Shown piece after piece: positions 25,501 to 39,243 of a stretch of 64,000 nucleotides of DNA (position 1 is the first letter of the stretch; every line of letters starts with the position of its first letter). The notes beneath the pieces were generated by a model. It was not told the DNA's origin. It ran no database searches and saw nothing but the letters and a program-made list of their open reading frames with translations. Position numbers and translations under genes: made by a program. Origin of the DNA: Podarcis tiliguerta (taxonomy: Eukaryota); assembly GCA_965153285.1 (NCBI GenBank), contig OZ229110.1, one strand, 5' to 3'.

Positions 25501-26019
25501 CATAAGATTGGAATCATATGGTTCTCAGTTAGAAACATTGTTTAGATATCTAGCAAATGCACAAGTGTAAAGCACCCAACTACACTTTTCAAGCCCTGGG
25601 TGCCAAGCAAAAGTCAGAAAGGAGGACAAAAGAGCTCACCAATTTGCATACAATTCACACATGCATTTTCCAATTTACAGTTGCAGGTGCAAATTTAGAA
25701 AGAATTAACAGAATTAAAATATATATACAATGCAACTCACCTTGGAGAGGAAAACTTTCACCAGGTGGCCTGTGTCACCCACCCAGTTGGCTGGCCAGGT
25801 ACTGATGATGTGCAACTTCAAAGCCCTTCCTTTCCCTTCATATGCATTTCATGATCTTATACCAGACTGAAAGCAGACAGCCTTTCAAAGCAGATTGTCC
25901 TCTGCAAAGTTAGATACACGGCCATCATGCTGCCAACAGCAAATACATATATAAGTATTTAAAAAGCAATGTTTTGTCTAATACCCCCTCTCCCCCCAAC
26001 TGGCAAAACTTTTGTTTTA

Positions 26020-26020
26020 A

Positions 26021-26067
<47 letters not shown>
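26020..26067 (+). repeat. (GAAA)n microsatellite
   Basis: Perfect tetranucleotide run. Confidence 0.95.
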
Positions 26068-29000
26068 GCTTTCTGTACTATATAAACCTATATAAGCTCT
26101 AATAATTATATCATTTCCCCATACAAAAAGTCTGCTAGAGAAACAAGGGCACTTTATATTTACTTTAAAACAGTGGACACTGCTGAACAATAAAAAATAC
26201 AGCCTTTGTTTCCAATCCCTGGCGAGATTGCATAATAACCCCACCCAGTTTCCAAAGTTCATAAAGTTTAATTTCAGTAAAGAACAAAGTGCCTGGGAAC
26301 TCCTCTTCGCATTAGTCTGTAGAGTAGTGAACTTTGTCCAGAGCACAGGGCAGACTGTTGTTCAAAGATTTGTGTGTGTGTGTGTGTGTAACTGATTTGG
26401 CCTCTAGGGTAAAGAGGCAGCATCCTTTGGCTTCCTTGCTATTGTCAGTTCCTTCCTTCAAGTCACCTGGAGGTGTTCCTATGATTCAGTTAAAATTTGG
26501 CTGCACTGTGCGCCCGGTGGCATTAAAATAAAACCAAATTAATTTAAGAGAGGAGGTATTTCAATAGGTTGTGTCCTTTACTAACCTGCCAAAATGAGGA
26601 CATTGAGGTTTTAGGAAATGTATGGGTGAGAAAGGTGAATGCAGTAGCATGAAAGATGAGTTCCATGGTATGCATTGCATATGCAGTTGTTTGTGTTCCA
26701 AAAAATGATCTCTTTATCTAACCCAGGACTGAGAGGGGGCATGTTGGGCCAGGCTTGGTGCCAGCATGCTGCACCCCTTGACAATGCACACTGAGGTCCA
26801 TTACTGCATTGATGCTTGCCCCTTGTCCCCTGCATCAGGCAGCTTGGAGCACCATTTAACTTCCCCACTGTGCCACAGAGATACTTATGGCACTATAAGA
26901 AATTAAAATGGTGGGCTCAAGCCACACTCGGCAGTCATTTCTCCTCTGGTCACTGCTGTGGATACATGACCCGACTGTCTCCAGGCACTGGTTAATGGGA
27001 CAGAACAGCAATATCTGGAGGGCTGCATGTTCTCTACCCTTCATCTATGCAATGTTGGAAAGTCTATAACTGTAGCTACCTTGTGAAATAAAAGTGTCCT
27101 CACCTCCATTGAGATTGTCCTCTGCACTCTTGTCCAGAAAGGTGGGGTGAACTATAAGAGAGCAGAATGCAGCAGACTAAGGTTTCCTCAGTTGATAGAT
27201 TCACCACTGCAGTCGCATTTCTGGTGAGCCAATGGCAGAAACAAAGCTTCAGTTCTCATACAGACCCAGCATGCCACAAATTACCAGGAGGACAATGCTA
27301 GATTTAAGGCAACGTGGGCAGTGCACAGGGCACTGAGTCGAGGGGGCACGGAATTGAGAAGATCCATTTTGGGGCACCAAATCTGGGCTTTGTACAGAGC
27401 ACCATTTTACAAGTGATTATCAAAGTCAGCCCCTGATGAGGAGTCCAGGAGGGCTGCAAAATGAGAGGTCCTTTTCTTGGGAGCAAGAAGGGGCAGCTTA
27501 GGAAAAGTGAACACTTGCTCTAGTCTCCAATGAAGGTCTGAAGTGCAATTCTGAAAGACCTAGACCTAGAACCTTGCAGTTTCACTGTATGGAAGAGATC
27601 AGCGCAAAGTAATAAGGAACAGACTGAAAAGATCTGGAAGTCATTACCCATAATGATTATATTAGGAGGGGGAACTGGCGCAAAGTCCACAAAAAGCCCA
27701 GCTTTGGTCCTTTCTCTTTCTCTCCCCCTGCCTCCACCTCCCTGATGCTTTCAAGTAACAAAGAACAACTGGCACTCATTTTGACTTCTGTTCTGAGTCA
27801 TCAAAAATGAGAGACGAAGAAAGGCTGGCCTCCTGTCCAGCTGTGCCTTGTCCACTTGCTATGGAAACACACACCTGGGTTAGAAACAACAAGGGACTCC
27901 AGAAAAGCAGAAAGTGCTGCAGACCGAGATGGGAACACCTTCCTGACTGGGACGACTGAGCCACTATACCCCCTCCTTCAGTCCAAAGTAAGGGAGGATG
28001 TCTGAATGCTGCACATAGTTAGTTATTCATTAAGAAAGCAAACCTTGCGGTAACTAAGAGCAGGGAGGGCCAATATGTCAGTTTTGTTTCCTCCCAGTTT
28101 TTCCTTTTTCCAATCCTAAATTCAGTTCTCCACTTTTCCCTGTCTGTTTGAAATTTGTTTATTCTTTAAAAGTCCTCAGGAAAATTCCTCAGAATTTCAG
28201 TATGGATTTCTCTTAATATACACATGCTTCTGTCCAATTTTGCATAATATGCACAAAGATCTCTCCTAATATTGCACATTTCTGCATGTTGTTTTCATCC
28301 ACATATGCGTTCTTATGCACACTTTACCCTAGTTTACCTATTGTATGGGGTGTTTGGGGAGGGGCAGTACCTCTGGTGGGGGACATGTCATGCTCCTTCT
28401 GGAGTAGTTTGTCCACCTTTGTCCACCCTGCACTCAGCTCCTACCGTTGGCAACAGCAGCCACACCTCAGGAATGGATTAAACTGGCCAACTAAGCCTCT
28501 CTGTGCTGTCTCTCTGTGTGTAGCAGCCTTGTTGCCCTGGAATTCAAAGAAACCAAAAAGTGAAGTTTTGATATCAGTGGTTAAAATTTGTGCAGTTTTG
28601 AAATGTTCCATCTGCCACTTTGATTCAAAATGTCTTCCAATTGTATACAAATAGACAAACACCTGCTCCTTGATCTCAGGAACCGTCATGCAAAAGTTGC
28701 TGAGATATCATAAGCAAAAGTTGCTTATGATATCTCAGCAGGTGCCCATATGCCTAGTGAACAGGCAAACAATGTTCCAATATATCTATTGTGTGTATGT
28801 AAGTATCTAGATATATCTATACATATGTAAATTTTATGCAAATCAGTTTCCTCTGCTTTGGTAATGTGTTTCCTGTTTGTAGGGAGATGCAGAAGTAGCC
28901 ACCCAACTAGACTGGGCATCAGCCATGTTTATAACCATGCCTTCTGAATATATAGTTTCCCATTCTCCTGAAGCAGGGCAGATGACAAGGAGCATTGCTA

Positions 29001-31730
29001 TGCCAGTCTGCTCACCCACCCAGTCACCCCAACTCTTTCCTAAGCATCCACAAGGAACAGATTCCTTTTCTGCTTCGTTAAAAAGGAAACATGAACAATG
29101 TATTTGGAAAATCTGCAGTGTTCCTTCTTCGTATGTCACATAAAACACAGCTACAGAGGAACAAAAAGCACAGTAGTGCCTTGGGGAGTGGGGGTTTGGC
29201 TTTGATTATGCCAATATGGAGGAAAGTCTGAAACAGGTTACTCAGTTGATGGGAGCAAGGAACCAGTGAACTCAGCTCTGGGGCTAGTAAAACCTGTCTG
29301 AATTAGAGACAAGCGGAGCAAGATTAATGCTTTACTAGGTCCTTCCCTCCCTCCCCCCCCTACACACACACATTTGGCCAACTCGAGACACAAATGATTA
29401 ATTTTTCTAGTTGCAGGGGGTAATCGAGTTAGCAGATGTAACTAAAGTATTACAAGTCATGCTCTCAGTTACAAGAACAGCCGCTTCCCCTTGCCAGGTA
29501 CATGGAAAGATTTTTCTTTCTTTTTTGAATTGTATAGTTAACAAAAGTACTGAAAATGGAAATGGCTGCAGGGGAATATAGGGAGGTTTGGATGGTATTT
29601 TCATCAAATGGTGTTGGAGCTTTCCATGGTTGAGAAAGGTTTAATTGAAAATCACAGACTTTAAGCATTTCATGGAGTAGTTGGGCGAGTGGCTGTTCCG
29701 CATGTAACATGGTGAAGATGAAAAATGGGAGTGCAAGTCACTCATGGTTCCTCCATGGTGGAAACCATAATAAGAGTAATTATATTTCAAGTGAAGAATG
29801 TTTCAGACAGGCTTTTTAAAAAAAAAATTAAAAAGTTGGACACTCTGTTTCACAAGGCCTGGATCGTGCTGAGTTGTGAATGACTCCCTCACTACAACAT
29901 GGGATCTCTAAGGACTGTCTACAAGGAAGGATTTGCACCCTATTCAGGTATTTGGTACCTGTGGGCACCAAATGCATGAAGGGTGGTAGTGTCAAGTTTG
30001 GGAACCCAGCGTGGCACTCTAGATGTTGCAGGACTCCAAATCCCATCAGCCCCCCTCAGCACGATCAATAGTCAGGGGTGATGTGATTTGGAGTGCCATC
30101 TGCACTAAACAATTCTCACAAGTATAGTTTGTTAAGGGTTCTGAGAGTTGTTAGGAAATCCCTGTTCCCCTCACCAGGCCACAATTCCTAGAGTGGTTCA
30201 ACAGTCAATCCCTCTTCCCAGGGAACTCACAGCACGTATAACTTCTTATTATTTCCCACATTTCATGATTGTTAATATATCATGGAAAAGTTCAGGTCCC
30301 CCATGTTTTGAGGATAGCAGGTTATCTTGCAAACAAAGCCTTTCTGGAATGTAGAGACATCCCAAGAGGCATCCCCTACCCAAGACAATTAGCATTTTGT
30401 TTGCTGGAGAGCAGGGACACTTCAGTTGGCATCCCCATCACTATTCTTGCAGATCCCCACATATTGGGGGCTGCCCTGCAGTAGGTTTCTTGCTGTCTTC
30501 CAGAAGTATTCCTCCATACTTTAGAACCCAGATCCCCCAGGGTTCCAAATATGCAAAGAGTCTACTTAACTTGCGTAGTCTCCCTGCCACAGGTGTTCAG
30601 ACCCTGGCACATGGGAGGCTGTAAGAATGGCAACTTGGCTGTATGGGGGGGGGGGTGAGGCCAATGAACTCATTCCCATTTCCCCCCTTGTGCATTGGTG
30701 TGTGTGTGTGTGTGTGTTGGGGGTGGGGGTAGATGAGCGAATAGGGCTATTGCATCATATGGCTGGCACTGATCAGGTCAAGTCTTCCCAGCTTTTCTCC
30801 CACAGCACTATCATAACCTCAACTGTTATTCTTTCACAGTTGCATCTTTGTCCTGAGCCGTCTAAATCTCAGCTTCCTCATCAGCCAGAGTTGCCTTTGG
30901 GGGGCTTCTGTGTGCCTTTTCCTCCCTGAAAGCCAGCAGGAGATCCAAGTTTTTTGGATTGCACCAAGCAGAGATTTATGGATAGACAACAAAAGAAAGC
31001 GTCTTGGCATGTGCAAGTGTCTGGGAGGATTAAAGAGGAAACAAGATGCTCCAAATCTAGGCTTAGAAAGAGCAGCAGAGATGGGATTTGCACAGAGGAC
31101 TCGACTGAGAGGCTGCCTGGGGGCAATTGCTTTTGATTCACATTGCAGCACTTTCTCACCATGTACCAAATAGCCAGGACTCCAATATTGTACGCTGACA
31201 CTGACACAAAAAGCCACAACAAGCCTTGACTAGAGAGGCCATGTAATTTAGAAAGGTTTGTGGTTCAAGCCAAACCCAAGCTTTCACCTCACATGACCTG
31301 TGCTGCTAATCTAGATCAGGCACAGTGGGAACCTGAACAATTTCACCACATCATTGCCTGTGTGCATGTGTCTCTGCAGGTACACAACTTCCATTTGCCT
31401 TGTTGCTAGCATCACAGCTGACATAGCAGTGGTGGAGACAGTGCTGCCATCACCATGTGAACCTACTAATAGGATGCTTTCCCATAGCCGCACATCTTAT
31501 GGAGAATGCTGCAATGTTTAGTCACTTACTTTGCCAGAAAGAGAAAAAGAGGACTTCTTGCAATGGTCAACATCATAAAAATAGCCCTGCTGGAACTATC
31601 TAGACTAGCCTCATGTATCCAGTCATCGTCTACTGGAATTTCAAGTGCACTGAAAGTTGCTCCCAATACCAGTTACCACACAGAAGCAGTTTATTTACTG
31701 TTGCAGTAGATAAGGCTTGGTAAAACAGTT

Positions 31731-31886
31731 NNNNNNNNNNNNNNNNNNNNNNNNNNNNNNNNNNNNNNNNNNNNNNNNNNNNNNNNNNNNNNNNNNNNNN
31801 NNNNNNNNNNNNNNNNNNNNNNNNNNNNNNNNNNNNNNNNNNNNNNNNNNNNNNNNNNNNNNNNNNNNNNNNNNNNNNNNNNNNNN
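31731..31886. other. Assembly gap (156 N)
   Basis: Run of N. Confidence 1.
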
Positions 31887-33474
31887 CATCTCAGTTACTC
31901 CAAATAAACTCCAGTAACTCAAGATGTAGCACTGAACAGGTAACACAAACAGGCTGATAACTCACAGACTGAACTGACATGTATTAATCACAGATATAGT
32001 TGGGGCACTGTGTTGTTCTCATAGCAACTGGCTTGACTGACCCCTGCACCTGAGATTAGCTCATCCATTGGGTGATTTACACTCATGAAGGAAATTAACA
32101 CTTTCCCATGTCCAGTTACTCCAACGTGGTCAACCGAATGCTTATGAAAAGCCCAGAAGCAGAACAGAGCAACAGCCCTGTCCTGCTTTTGATTTCCAGG
32201 GACTGGTAATGAGAAGCACAATCCCTCTGATCCTACAGGTAGAATACAGATATCATGACATGCAGCTATTGACAACCTTGTCCTCCATGAATTTGTCTAA
32301 TCTCCGTTTAAAGCTGTCTAAGCTGGAGGAAATTTCAAGAAGCAGCAAGTACATGCAGGAGCTCTTGGATCCAGATGAACAGTTTGTATTTTGACCCTAG
32401 CATTTCAACATGAAGATTTGTAAATAGCAATCCAATTGGAAAGCAAAGGGCAGTAGAGTCGAGCAAAAACATCTGACTCTAATCTCCCAAAATATTTGTG
32501 AGCCCAGAGCTCCCATCCTGAATTCTGCATGCCTTGGTCCCACCAACTGAATATTACTCAATACAGTAAGTTCTAGTTGAGCCAGAGGGTTCTCTGCCAT
32601 TGCATCTGTGCAAAAGCATCCTGTGCTGACATGGCATGATACTATAATTGTGTCACTTTGATGCAGAGAGCTTCTGTTCACATACGGTATGACCTGCAAT
32701 GTTGGAAAAGGCTTATGGACCTGCCAGATTCTAGTTGGTCCAGGTACCATTCAATTTTGGAATGCCATGAGTGAAATCATAAATCCAGTCCTGAATTCCA
32801 CTTTTATGTTTTCTGAAGCAGTTTCCCTAAAGTACACTGGGCAATATAATGTGGAACACTGGGCTACACTAGTAGGCAGCAACAACAACCTCCTGTTATT
32901 CCGGTTTGGAACAGGCTTTGGAGAAAGCTTTTTAATGTTCAAGGAAGTAATTTTTTAAAAATTCGCTTTGATCAAGAGCATTTACCTGCTGGCACTCCAC
33001 TGCTTGCTGTCAGATGGGCACTAGGAGAAAGAGAGTCCCGCCCCTGCTACCGCCCCGGACGTGGAATGCCACAAAAAGATGCTCAGCCAGATTTCTCCAG
33101 CCTTGACAAATAGCACAGTGAATGGCCAAGGCACATCTCATGCCAGGATTTTGCTTAGGGAAGGGTTTCCAGTTGGAAAACACGTTTTCTTGTTGGCCAG
33201 GGTGAGAAGGCACTGTGGAGGATTCCATCACTCAGCCCTGCCTTTACACCATACAAACGTGCCTAGTATTTTCATCAGCTGGCCAAGTTGCAAAGAGCTC
33301 TAACAGAGACCAGTGCTGTGACCAAATTAGCTGAGGATATCTCCTCTTGTGGCTATACTTGGAACAGAAAAAATATCATTGTGCTAGTAAGATGAGCAAA
33401 GTGGCTCCTTCCTGCTGGCCATTTAAAATGGGGGTATGAAAGAACTAACTCTGGAACATTTTAAGGCCAAGTTA

Positions 33475-33610
33475 CAGGTAGGTAGCCATGTTGGTCTGCC
33501 GTAGTCAAAACAAAATAATAATAATAATAATAATAATTCCTTCCAGTAGCACCTTAGAGACCAACTAAGTTTGTTAATGGTATGAGCTTTCGTGTACATG
33601 CACACTTCTT
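33475..33610 (-). mobile_element. Penelope-like element, solo/truncated pseudo-LTR
   Basis: Near-identical to 34090-34168. 8-bp direct repeat ccaagtta at 33467-33474 and 33611-33618. Internal (AAT)n. Confidence 0.85.
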
Positions 33611-34077
33611 CCAAGTTAGACATTATATGCTTTTGTTTTTAGTTTAATGCAAACATCAGATGTGATGAGCAGGGGTGAGGTTTCGTGAGACTCCCGTCAT
33701 ACAGTTACGGGAAATTGACTTCCTACAGCAGCCTTTGGGAACAAAGACTGGAGTGGGGCTTATGACTCAATGAGAATCAGTGGGAGGTTCAAAAATGGGT
33801 GGGGGATCAGGGAGTGGATTTCATCAAAGATCCCCATACCCCACCCCATTTAACCAGGGCTTTGTGCCTTAAAATTGTCAGTTTACACATTTTAAGGTTA
33901 TCAGTATACAAGGTAGGATTCAGAAGGAACCAACAATAATGTTTCTAAAGTATTTTGCCTGAATTTTTGAGGGTTAAAAGTGTGAAGAGTGGCAGGCCCT
34001 GTTCACAATTGTCCCCTGGCACACCGACTGTCCCCAAACACATTCATCACAAAGCTGTGAATGGTTTTGTTTTGTTT

Positions 34078-34606
34078 AAACAAAACAAAAAAATTCCTTC
34101 CAGTAGCACCATGGAGACCAACTAAGTTTGTTATTGGTATGCGCTTTCATGAGCATGCACACTTCTTCAGATACACTGAAACAGTAGTCACCAGACCCTT
34201 ATATATAGTGAGAGGGTGGGAAGGGGTATTACTCAGAAGGGTGATGGGAATGGGTGATTGGCTGATAGGTGTGGTAAACCTGTTGACGACTGTTATCAAC
34301 TGCAATTGGTCTTACAGGAAAAAGCAAGGGGTGAGATGGCTAAAAATAGCTTTATCAGGTATAATGAGATAAGAATCCAATGTCTCTATTAAGACCAGGT
34401 CTGTCCATGGTTTTAAGTTTGGTAATAAGTTGCAATTCAGCAACTTCTCTTTTCAGTCTATTTCTGAAATTCTTTTGTAATAAGACAGCTACTTTTAGAT
34501 CTTGTATAGAATGTCTTGGGAGACTGAAGTGTTCTCCTACTGGTTTCTCCGTCTTGTGATTCCTGATGTCAGATTTATGTCCATTTATCCTTTGGCGTAG
34601 GGTTTG
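34078..34606 (-). mobile_element. Penelope-like retroelement 3' fragment (GIY-YIG endonuclease C-terminus plus pseudo-LTR)
   Basis: The minus strand translates QTLRQRINGHKSDIRNHKTEKPVGEHFSLPRHSIQDLKVAVLLQKNFRNRLKREVAELQLITKLKTMDRPGLNRDIGFLSHYT*. It lacks a start codon so is not in the ORF track. This fits the PLE GIY-YIG domain (R..H, HF, E, GLN). Confidence 0.9.
34137..34174 (-). ncRNA. Minimal hammerhead ribozyme motif of a Penelope pseudo-LTR (degenerate)
   Basis: GTAT-CTGAAGA-a-gtgtgcatgctcat-GAAA-gcgc-ATAC gives helix I GTAT/ATAC, CUGANGA and GAAA core boxes, and a near-palindromic helix II. Confidence 0.7.
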
Positions 34607-37600
34607 TTTTGTTTGTTTTTAACATGAATTGCCACCAAACATGCTTAGAAGCCTCTACTGGATCCCCAATGGCACTGAAGCTTCTAAGCTTAAATCTTAA
34701 ATTTAAACCTGCCTTTTCAAATTACTTGGTATTAGTTTAAGGGCAAACCAGAATTGACATTATTCATTTTCATTAGCTGTGTGAATGTGCTGTCCTTCTT
34801 AAAGTACATTGTCTCCATGCAATCTGGAGCAGGCCCTTCACCAGCTTCCAATTGCAGCAAGAGGAAAACTCAAATTACTGCCAATAGGAGATTTCTCCCC
34901 ATGCAAATAGCAGCTATGAGTGTCCTGATTCAGATCAGGCATTCTCTTTAAAATAACTAGGTAGGTTGATTTCTATAGCTGTTTGTCAGAACGACTAAGC
35001 TTAGCTTAAGCTCTTATACCTCTGAATATATCTAGCCCTGATTAAATAAGGTTGTGTATAAATTTAAAGCACATTTAAAGCACATGGCTCCCCCCCAAAA
35101 AAAAAACCACTGGGAACTGTAGGTTGTTAAGGGTGCTGGGAATTATAGCTCTGTGAGGTTCCCATAATTCTTGGGGGGAAATCATGCATGCTATGAACCT
35201 ATTTTTTTTTAGGATGAACCTATGTTTTTTTCAATCATTTCCTATAGCTTTAGATATGATTATCAAGTGTGTACAGTAAAGAGATACACACATGTTACTC
35301 TTTCCCCACATTAGGGTTTTGTTAATGCCAAGCTATCAGCAACATTGGGGAGTTTCCAAGGAATGATTCTCTCTGGCTGCGTAGGGAGCAGAAGGAGAGG
35401 AAAGCAACCAGACACACTGAGACCGGAGCTTAGCCTTGCACTCAGAAGGTCCATCTCTGGCTGATGATATGAGACTCCAATCCCCAGCCTGGCCGAAAAG
35501 GTATAAAGAAGGAGCAGTCCATGCCAGAAGAACAGACCATATAACCCCCCAAAGGCCCAAGGAGAATAGCAACTACATCTCTGAAGCTTCTGCTTTTTGG
35601 AGCCTATTACCCAAATACCTCCCCCATCTGCATGGAACAGCCTTTTTAAAAAGATGAGAATTGCAAGATTGATGGGGAGGAGGAGTTGGCCTGGCACTGA
35701 ATGGCCTGCAGCTGTTTCAAGTGAAATTTGGGGAAAGATTTAAGGATGTGAAGCTTTGGCTAAAATGGAAAAGAAATGTTTAGCTGAACAAGTGCAGCTT
35801 TCTGTGGGATGGAGGTCAGAAGGGCCTGCATGGACCAGAAGTATAGGATCTAAATCTGCTCTGGGAAACTTGGAAATCACATTTGTAACTAATCAGATGT
35901 TCCTCTGTTTCTCCTTAGCCCAAAGAACGGGATTAGGCACCTGTGGAAAGGAGGGAACTGTTACAATTCTGCTGTTACCATTGCTTGCTAAAGAGCAGAA
36001 TTGACTTTGTGATGCTTGGCAAGGAAGAATGTTCCCAGGAGAAGTAGCACAAAAATACAGGCTGCAGAATGGGCAAGGTGCTTCTGAGGAAAGCATGGTG
36101 AGTCGCAAGGTGTAGAAGCCCACCATAAAGAGATACTCGCAACACCTTGCAGGTGCAATGTTATGCTGACCAAACTGCATAAACGTTAGTGAGTCTAGCA
36201 TCACAGTGTTGCTGAATAACCTAAAATGGAAATGGGGGTGCAGATCAGCGCCTTCAAAAACTCTTCCTATAGATTATTTGGAATGGGTTTGCAAAATCTG
36301 AAAACACTGTAGCTTTTTGTCTGATAGATAACAACATTGTTGCATTGAGCATCAGTCCAGGTCAGAAGCTGATACTGGAAAAGCCCTCTGGTAGTATCGC
36401 TATCTTGTGATAAGAATTTTAATGTGTATTTAAAAAGCTTAGGCAAAGAAGAAAAGATGCATTGGGGTCAAAGAGGTGACCCAGGCAAGATTTGCTTCAG
36501 GATTTGATATCCCATATGGGGTAGGGCAATTTGGTGGCTGGTGATGAGGCTACTCAAGTTGTGTTCCAGAGGGAATCTGGAAATATGGAATGTCCCTCAG
36601 GGCACAACAGCCAACTGCCTCGGTGGCAGATCTGGCTCCTGAAGAGACCATGACTGGCAACGTCTTGTGGAATTGCAAGGTCCTGGGGAATTAGGAAGTC
36701 TTACAAGAACCAGAAAACCTGAAAGAGCTTGCCCAGCTGGAGTCCTTATAATGTTCTGGGGGGACTCAGGTGGACAGAAATAGTAAGAACTTAGGGAGAA
36801 CACCCCAGAGTTGACATGCTACATGAAATCAGGGTTGGCACCATGGTTCCCCACCATCACCAATGACTTAAGACTTCTCTTGGTAGAGGATGAAAACTTT
36901 CTCATGGGCTCATCATAGCATGTGACAGGGACCTAATACATTGATATATAACACCAGAGGGTCCTGCCATGCTTCTTTAGGTAAAGTGCCTATATGGAGG
37001 TAAAACATGGCCAAGGCTTAAGGAAGGTTTCTTAAGATCCATTTTCAGCCAGGTGATTTTGGACTCCCATCAGCCCCAGCCAGCATGGTCAATGGTCAAC
37101 TATGATGGGAGTTGTGACCCTTCAGATATTGCTAGATTACAAGTTGCCCTACCTCTGAAAACAAAGCAATTAACACTAAGCAATGGGTCTAGGAGTGAAA
37201 GAGAACCGCAGGTGCACTCTTCACATTCAGCAACGTGAGGCCTGGGGATGTTGAATGTGTCATAATATTTGGTTTTTCCTCTTTTTGAGGAGTGAAAGAA
37301 AGAAGTGGGTGAAAAAGGGCTTCATATTATGTAACTTGCAAAAATGTGTTTCCACTTACAGGCTAATTGACATCTCCCACATCAGACCATGTTGTCAAGT
37401 GGATTACCCCTGATCTGCGCTTTGTCTCAGCTGTGGATTAAGGAGTGTAATGCTATCCCATTTAATATTTTAACCGTATGGGCTGCAATTTCACAGGCAA
37501 TTATATGACAAGGGAAGAATCCAAGCAGCCAATCGCAGCCCAGAGAGCGGTTATTTTCTCACAGAAAGCTTCAGTGATGCGATAGGCAGTCAGTGCCATC

Positions 37601-39243
37601 ACCCTGCGGCTCCTCAATAACTTCTTCCACACAGAAGCTCACCATCTCACACAGCTGAGTCCCTTATATTGCTTTGGGATATTAGCTGTTTTCTTATTTT
37701 AAGGCTGACTTTGCATCATGCAATATTAAACTGTTGATTTTAGGGTAGCAACAATACCATCAGGTGTTCCACACCACCCAGGTAATGATGGAAAACCCAG
37801 GACATATTGGAGCAGCTCAGGCTGTTGCCAACTCCCAGGCCAGTGTTGCCTCATCCAGAAATTATAGGATTGAAGGCATGGGGCAGAGTTCTAGCTCAGG
37901 ATCCTCCTCTGTGGCTGGGATCAGGTGGTGCAGTACATACTTTGCCTTAAACACTGTTTCCCACAAACTGGTGGCCTGATGGAGTATAATTCCCATCAGA
38001 CTAAGTTGGAATGGCCAGTAATCACGGACGATGGGACTAGTGGTCCAAGAAATTTGGAGGGCTACAGGTTGGGGAAGGCTGCCTTAAAGGTGATCTCAGA
38101 AGGAGCCCTGTTGGCTGAGCTGAGCACAAAATGGAAGACTAAAATTATGTTGCTGATGGGGTGCACAGCAGATACATTGAAGTATAAGACAAAAATCAGT
38201 TAATGTGGTTTTTTGTAAGACTAATTGTGGTTGAAAATGTGCACAACGCAGGGTGGAAACCTCATCTTTCATTACTATTGTTAACAAATCAATTAATGAT
38301 TACGGTAATATAGATCCTGGAAGCATAGTAGGTGTTCTCAAAGATTAAACATTATTGCCAAAAGCTACTTATAATGATATGAGAAAAGGTTCATCTTGGG
38401 CAAACAGACAAGCCACTTTGCCCAAGTCATACATGAGACTCTTCTTTCTCTGGAGGAGAATGAAAATCGCTGGACATAAAAAATGGGTAAGTCACTTTAG
38501 TATGCCCCCCCCCCAATTCTTCTTCCATTTCTCCATTAATCTGCCATTTTAAAAATTTCATAAATAACCTGAACATTAATATATATTCAAATGTTTATTT
38601 TCTTTCAAAATTCATAATTAAATGTAATTTCTCTCTCTCAAAATACCTTGCTTAAATGTTCACTTTCTCTCAAAATAACCAATCTGTACCTCCCCCCCAC
38701 AAATAAAACAGCCAATACCTATGTTGCACCATTTGGAAAAATATGCAGTCCAGTAGATAGCTAAGATCTGATCAGCACATCTGTCTGAGAGGGGCAGATC
38801 AGATCAATTTGAATGGGATCCCTCAACCTTCCTTAAACATATGCTGTCATGTTGAAATCAGTGGACTTTAAAGTGCTTAGTTTAGGGATGAATGCAGTCT
38901 AGATTTTGAGAATGGCATGGTGTATGCAGGTACTAGGAATGAACCAAAACAGAGTATGGAGGGGAGACTGTTAATATTTTATTCCATTACAAAATGTGCC
39001 CACCCCCCTTTCTGAGGTTTTTCTTGGGAGGTGGGCATTTTTGGAATTTTGCTTTTCATTGGGGTAGCTGTACAAAGGTGTGCCAACACCCAATGCATTT
39101 AAGAAGCCCATGCCTCTCTAATATTCCAGCATCTGCACTCCACTGTGAACCTTATGGTAGCCCCAGTGTGTAGCAGATTCAGCATCTGTGTAGGAAAAAT
39201 ACCCCTTTGTCCAGTGGCATCATCACACAGGCATTAAGAGAGC

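Noticed and set aside
31695-31946. ORFs spanning N runs (also 49983-50306)
   Set aside because: Artefacts of assembly gaps.
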